Shown: in pieces, positions 62,486 through 64,000 of the stretch
Position numbering within the stretch: position 1 is the first letter of the stretch
Layout: every line of letters begins with the position of its first letter
DNA from: Eledone cirrhosa
Taxonomy: Eukaryota
Reading direction: 5' to 3'
NCBI GenBank assembly: GCA_964016885.1
Contig: OZ024744.1
Span: 92,628,001 to 92,692,000 of the forward strand
DNA: 64,000 nt
Position numbers and translations under genes: made by a program
The notes under the pieces: model-generated
What the model saw: the letters and a program-made list of their open reading frames with translations, nothing else
Databases searched by the model: none
Told to the model about the DNA's origin: nothing

Positions 62486-62657
62486 GGTGAAGGCGCACGG
62501 CTTAGTGGTTAGAGCATTGGCCTTGCAATCGAAAGGTTGTGAGTTCAATTCTCGGACCGGGTGATGTGTTGTTTCCTTGAGCAAGACACTTTATTTCACG
62601 TTGCTCCAGTTTACTCAGCTGTAGAAATGAGATGATAGGACTGGGGTCCCTATCATT
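62486..62657 (+). mobile_element. CORE-type tRNA-SINE
   Basis: GGCTTAGTGGTTAGAGC..GAGTTCAATTCTC..CCTTGAGCAAGACACTT. Confidence 0.85.
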
Positions 62658-62752
62658 AAATCACCCAAGACACCTCCAACGAGATATATCTCGGAGGAGG
62701 CCAGCTAAACCTGCATAGGTGTGAGCTGTCTCATACAAACCTCACACACATT

Positions 62753-63990
62753 TTGAATTGGACCAAAGAAAAAATAGAGACGTTGGACAGCCTAACACGT
62801 AAGAAAATGGTTGATAATGGAGCATTGTACCCAAAGGCAAATGTCATCAAGCCATGTACACCAACCAAGGAACAGGGAGGTCAAGGACTTGTAAGTGTGA
62901 TAGATTGTGTTGCTAATGAATGCAGGTCCTTGGACTCGGCCAGTAGTAAAGAAGTACTTTAAAGTTCTTCTTTACTTCTGGCTGAGTCCAAGAGCAGAGG
63001 CCTATGCATTGAAACCATTGAAAGTAAAGAAAATTACAAACAGAGGCTGCTAACTGGGAAACTGAACATAAGAAAGAGTATGGAATTATATTGTCAATTT
63101 AAGAGAGAAGGAAAAGAAGTAAAAATAGGATCTTCATGGAATTGGTCAACAAAAGGTGAGAGAGAAAATTTAATAGTAGCTACTCAAGATCAAGCACTAA
63201 ACACAAAGGCAATCTATATATATATAAAAAAGAGATGTTTATTGATTGGTTTAATCACAAGAAAACCACGCATACAAATACATACACACACATCTAAAGA
63301 GAGAGAGACACAGAGGGAGAGACAGAAAGAGAGAGATAGGCTGTTATACAGAGATAGATACAATTAAAGTGTTAGATATTCAGCGAGAGAGAGAGATAGA
63401 GTGACATCCCACAAAAGTATCAGTTGAAGGTTTAACAATATTGTGTTAGCTTTTATAAAGTAGTTTTACAATCTTTGATTTTACAGAACAAAGAAAAATT
63501 GATACTATTTGAAATGAATCTACCCTCCAGCTTTTATCCATATACTACTTACAGTCCGTTCTAACGAAGCAACACTTTGGAAGCAATGTTATGCGGTATA
63601 TTGCTGTGTATCAGATGACGTCATTTGGAGCTGAAAAAGATCATATTGACTATGGTTATTTCACAACATTTAAAATCCAAGGCCAATGCTACCATTTAAT
63701 CAGCAGTTTACTCCCCCAGCCTAATAAGGAAGTTTTAAGATAGTTTTGTTTATGTCTCTTTCTCACACACTCACACACACATTACTGTCTCACCTCATAC
63801 TAGACAACACATCCAATACGTCTTCTCTTAACTATTCCCCTGGTCAAAGCCGGGTACTTCAGCTATTAAGGAATATGTATAACCCTGATGAAACAAATAA
63901 GTGTAGGTTATGTGGGTAGAAGGTAAAAAGTGTGACACATATCATGTGTAACTATGGTATGCTTGCGCTGAGGGAATACAAAATATTTCA
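62753..63990 (+). mobile_element. Old Dong/R4-type LINE fragment interrupted by a Helitron
   Basis: NWTKEKIETLD..GALYPKAN..GGQGLVSV, ENLIVATQDQALNTKA; after the Helitron, NKCRLCG..SVTHIMC. Confidence 0.8.
63213..63866 (+). mobile_element. Non-autonomous (internally deleted) Helitron
   Basis: A|TCTATATATATATAAAAAAGAGATG start; retained Rep remnant QMTSFGAE..FTTFKIQGQCYHLISSLLP; 3' hairpin CCCTGGTCAAAGCCGGG plus CTAT|T. Confidence 0.88.
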
Positions 63991-64000
63991 TTATAAAGGA

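Noticed and set aside
63885-63930. CTGATGAAAC as a hammerhead core
   Set aside because: It is LINE coding sequence (NPDETNK) and no stems form.

Overview
This is repeat-saturated animal genomic DNA. The repeat repertoire (Nin/Deu-domain and CORE-type tRNA-SINEs, Dong/R4, RTE, Tx1 and CRE-like LINEs, Helitrons, large microsatellites) is most consistent with an octopus or other coleoid cephalopod; that is inference. I recognise no host protein-coding exon, and most long ORFs in the track are artefacts of simple repeats. Coding remnants are all transposon-derived. They comprise a near-intact 5.6 kb Tx1/L1-clade LINE inserted in a 72-bp satellite, an internally deleted relative, a decayed Rep-Pif1 Helitron, a Buster-type hAT transposase pseudogene, an RTE LINE with a PHD-like finger inside its RT, many Dong/R4 and CRE-like 3' fragments and a mariner fragment. 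The main hidden signals are as follows. (1) Five type-I hammerhead ribozyme motifs lie in otherwise anonymous AT-rich DNA; one is in a ~278-bp unit bounded by a 33-bp direct repeat (retrozyme/Penelope-pLTR-like). (2) The dominant SINE shares its 3' terminus with the Tx1 LINEs, suggesting a LINE-SINE pair. (3) The 72-bp satellite appears to derive from the subterminal region of a TTAA-flanked MITE. (4) Retroposons pile up in (AAT)n tracts with consistent strand polarity. (5) There are several long, near-perfect hairpins. Coordinates were read by eye and may be off by a few bases.
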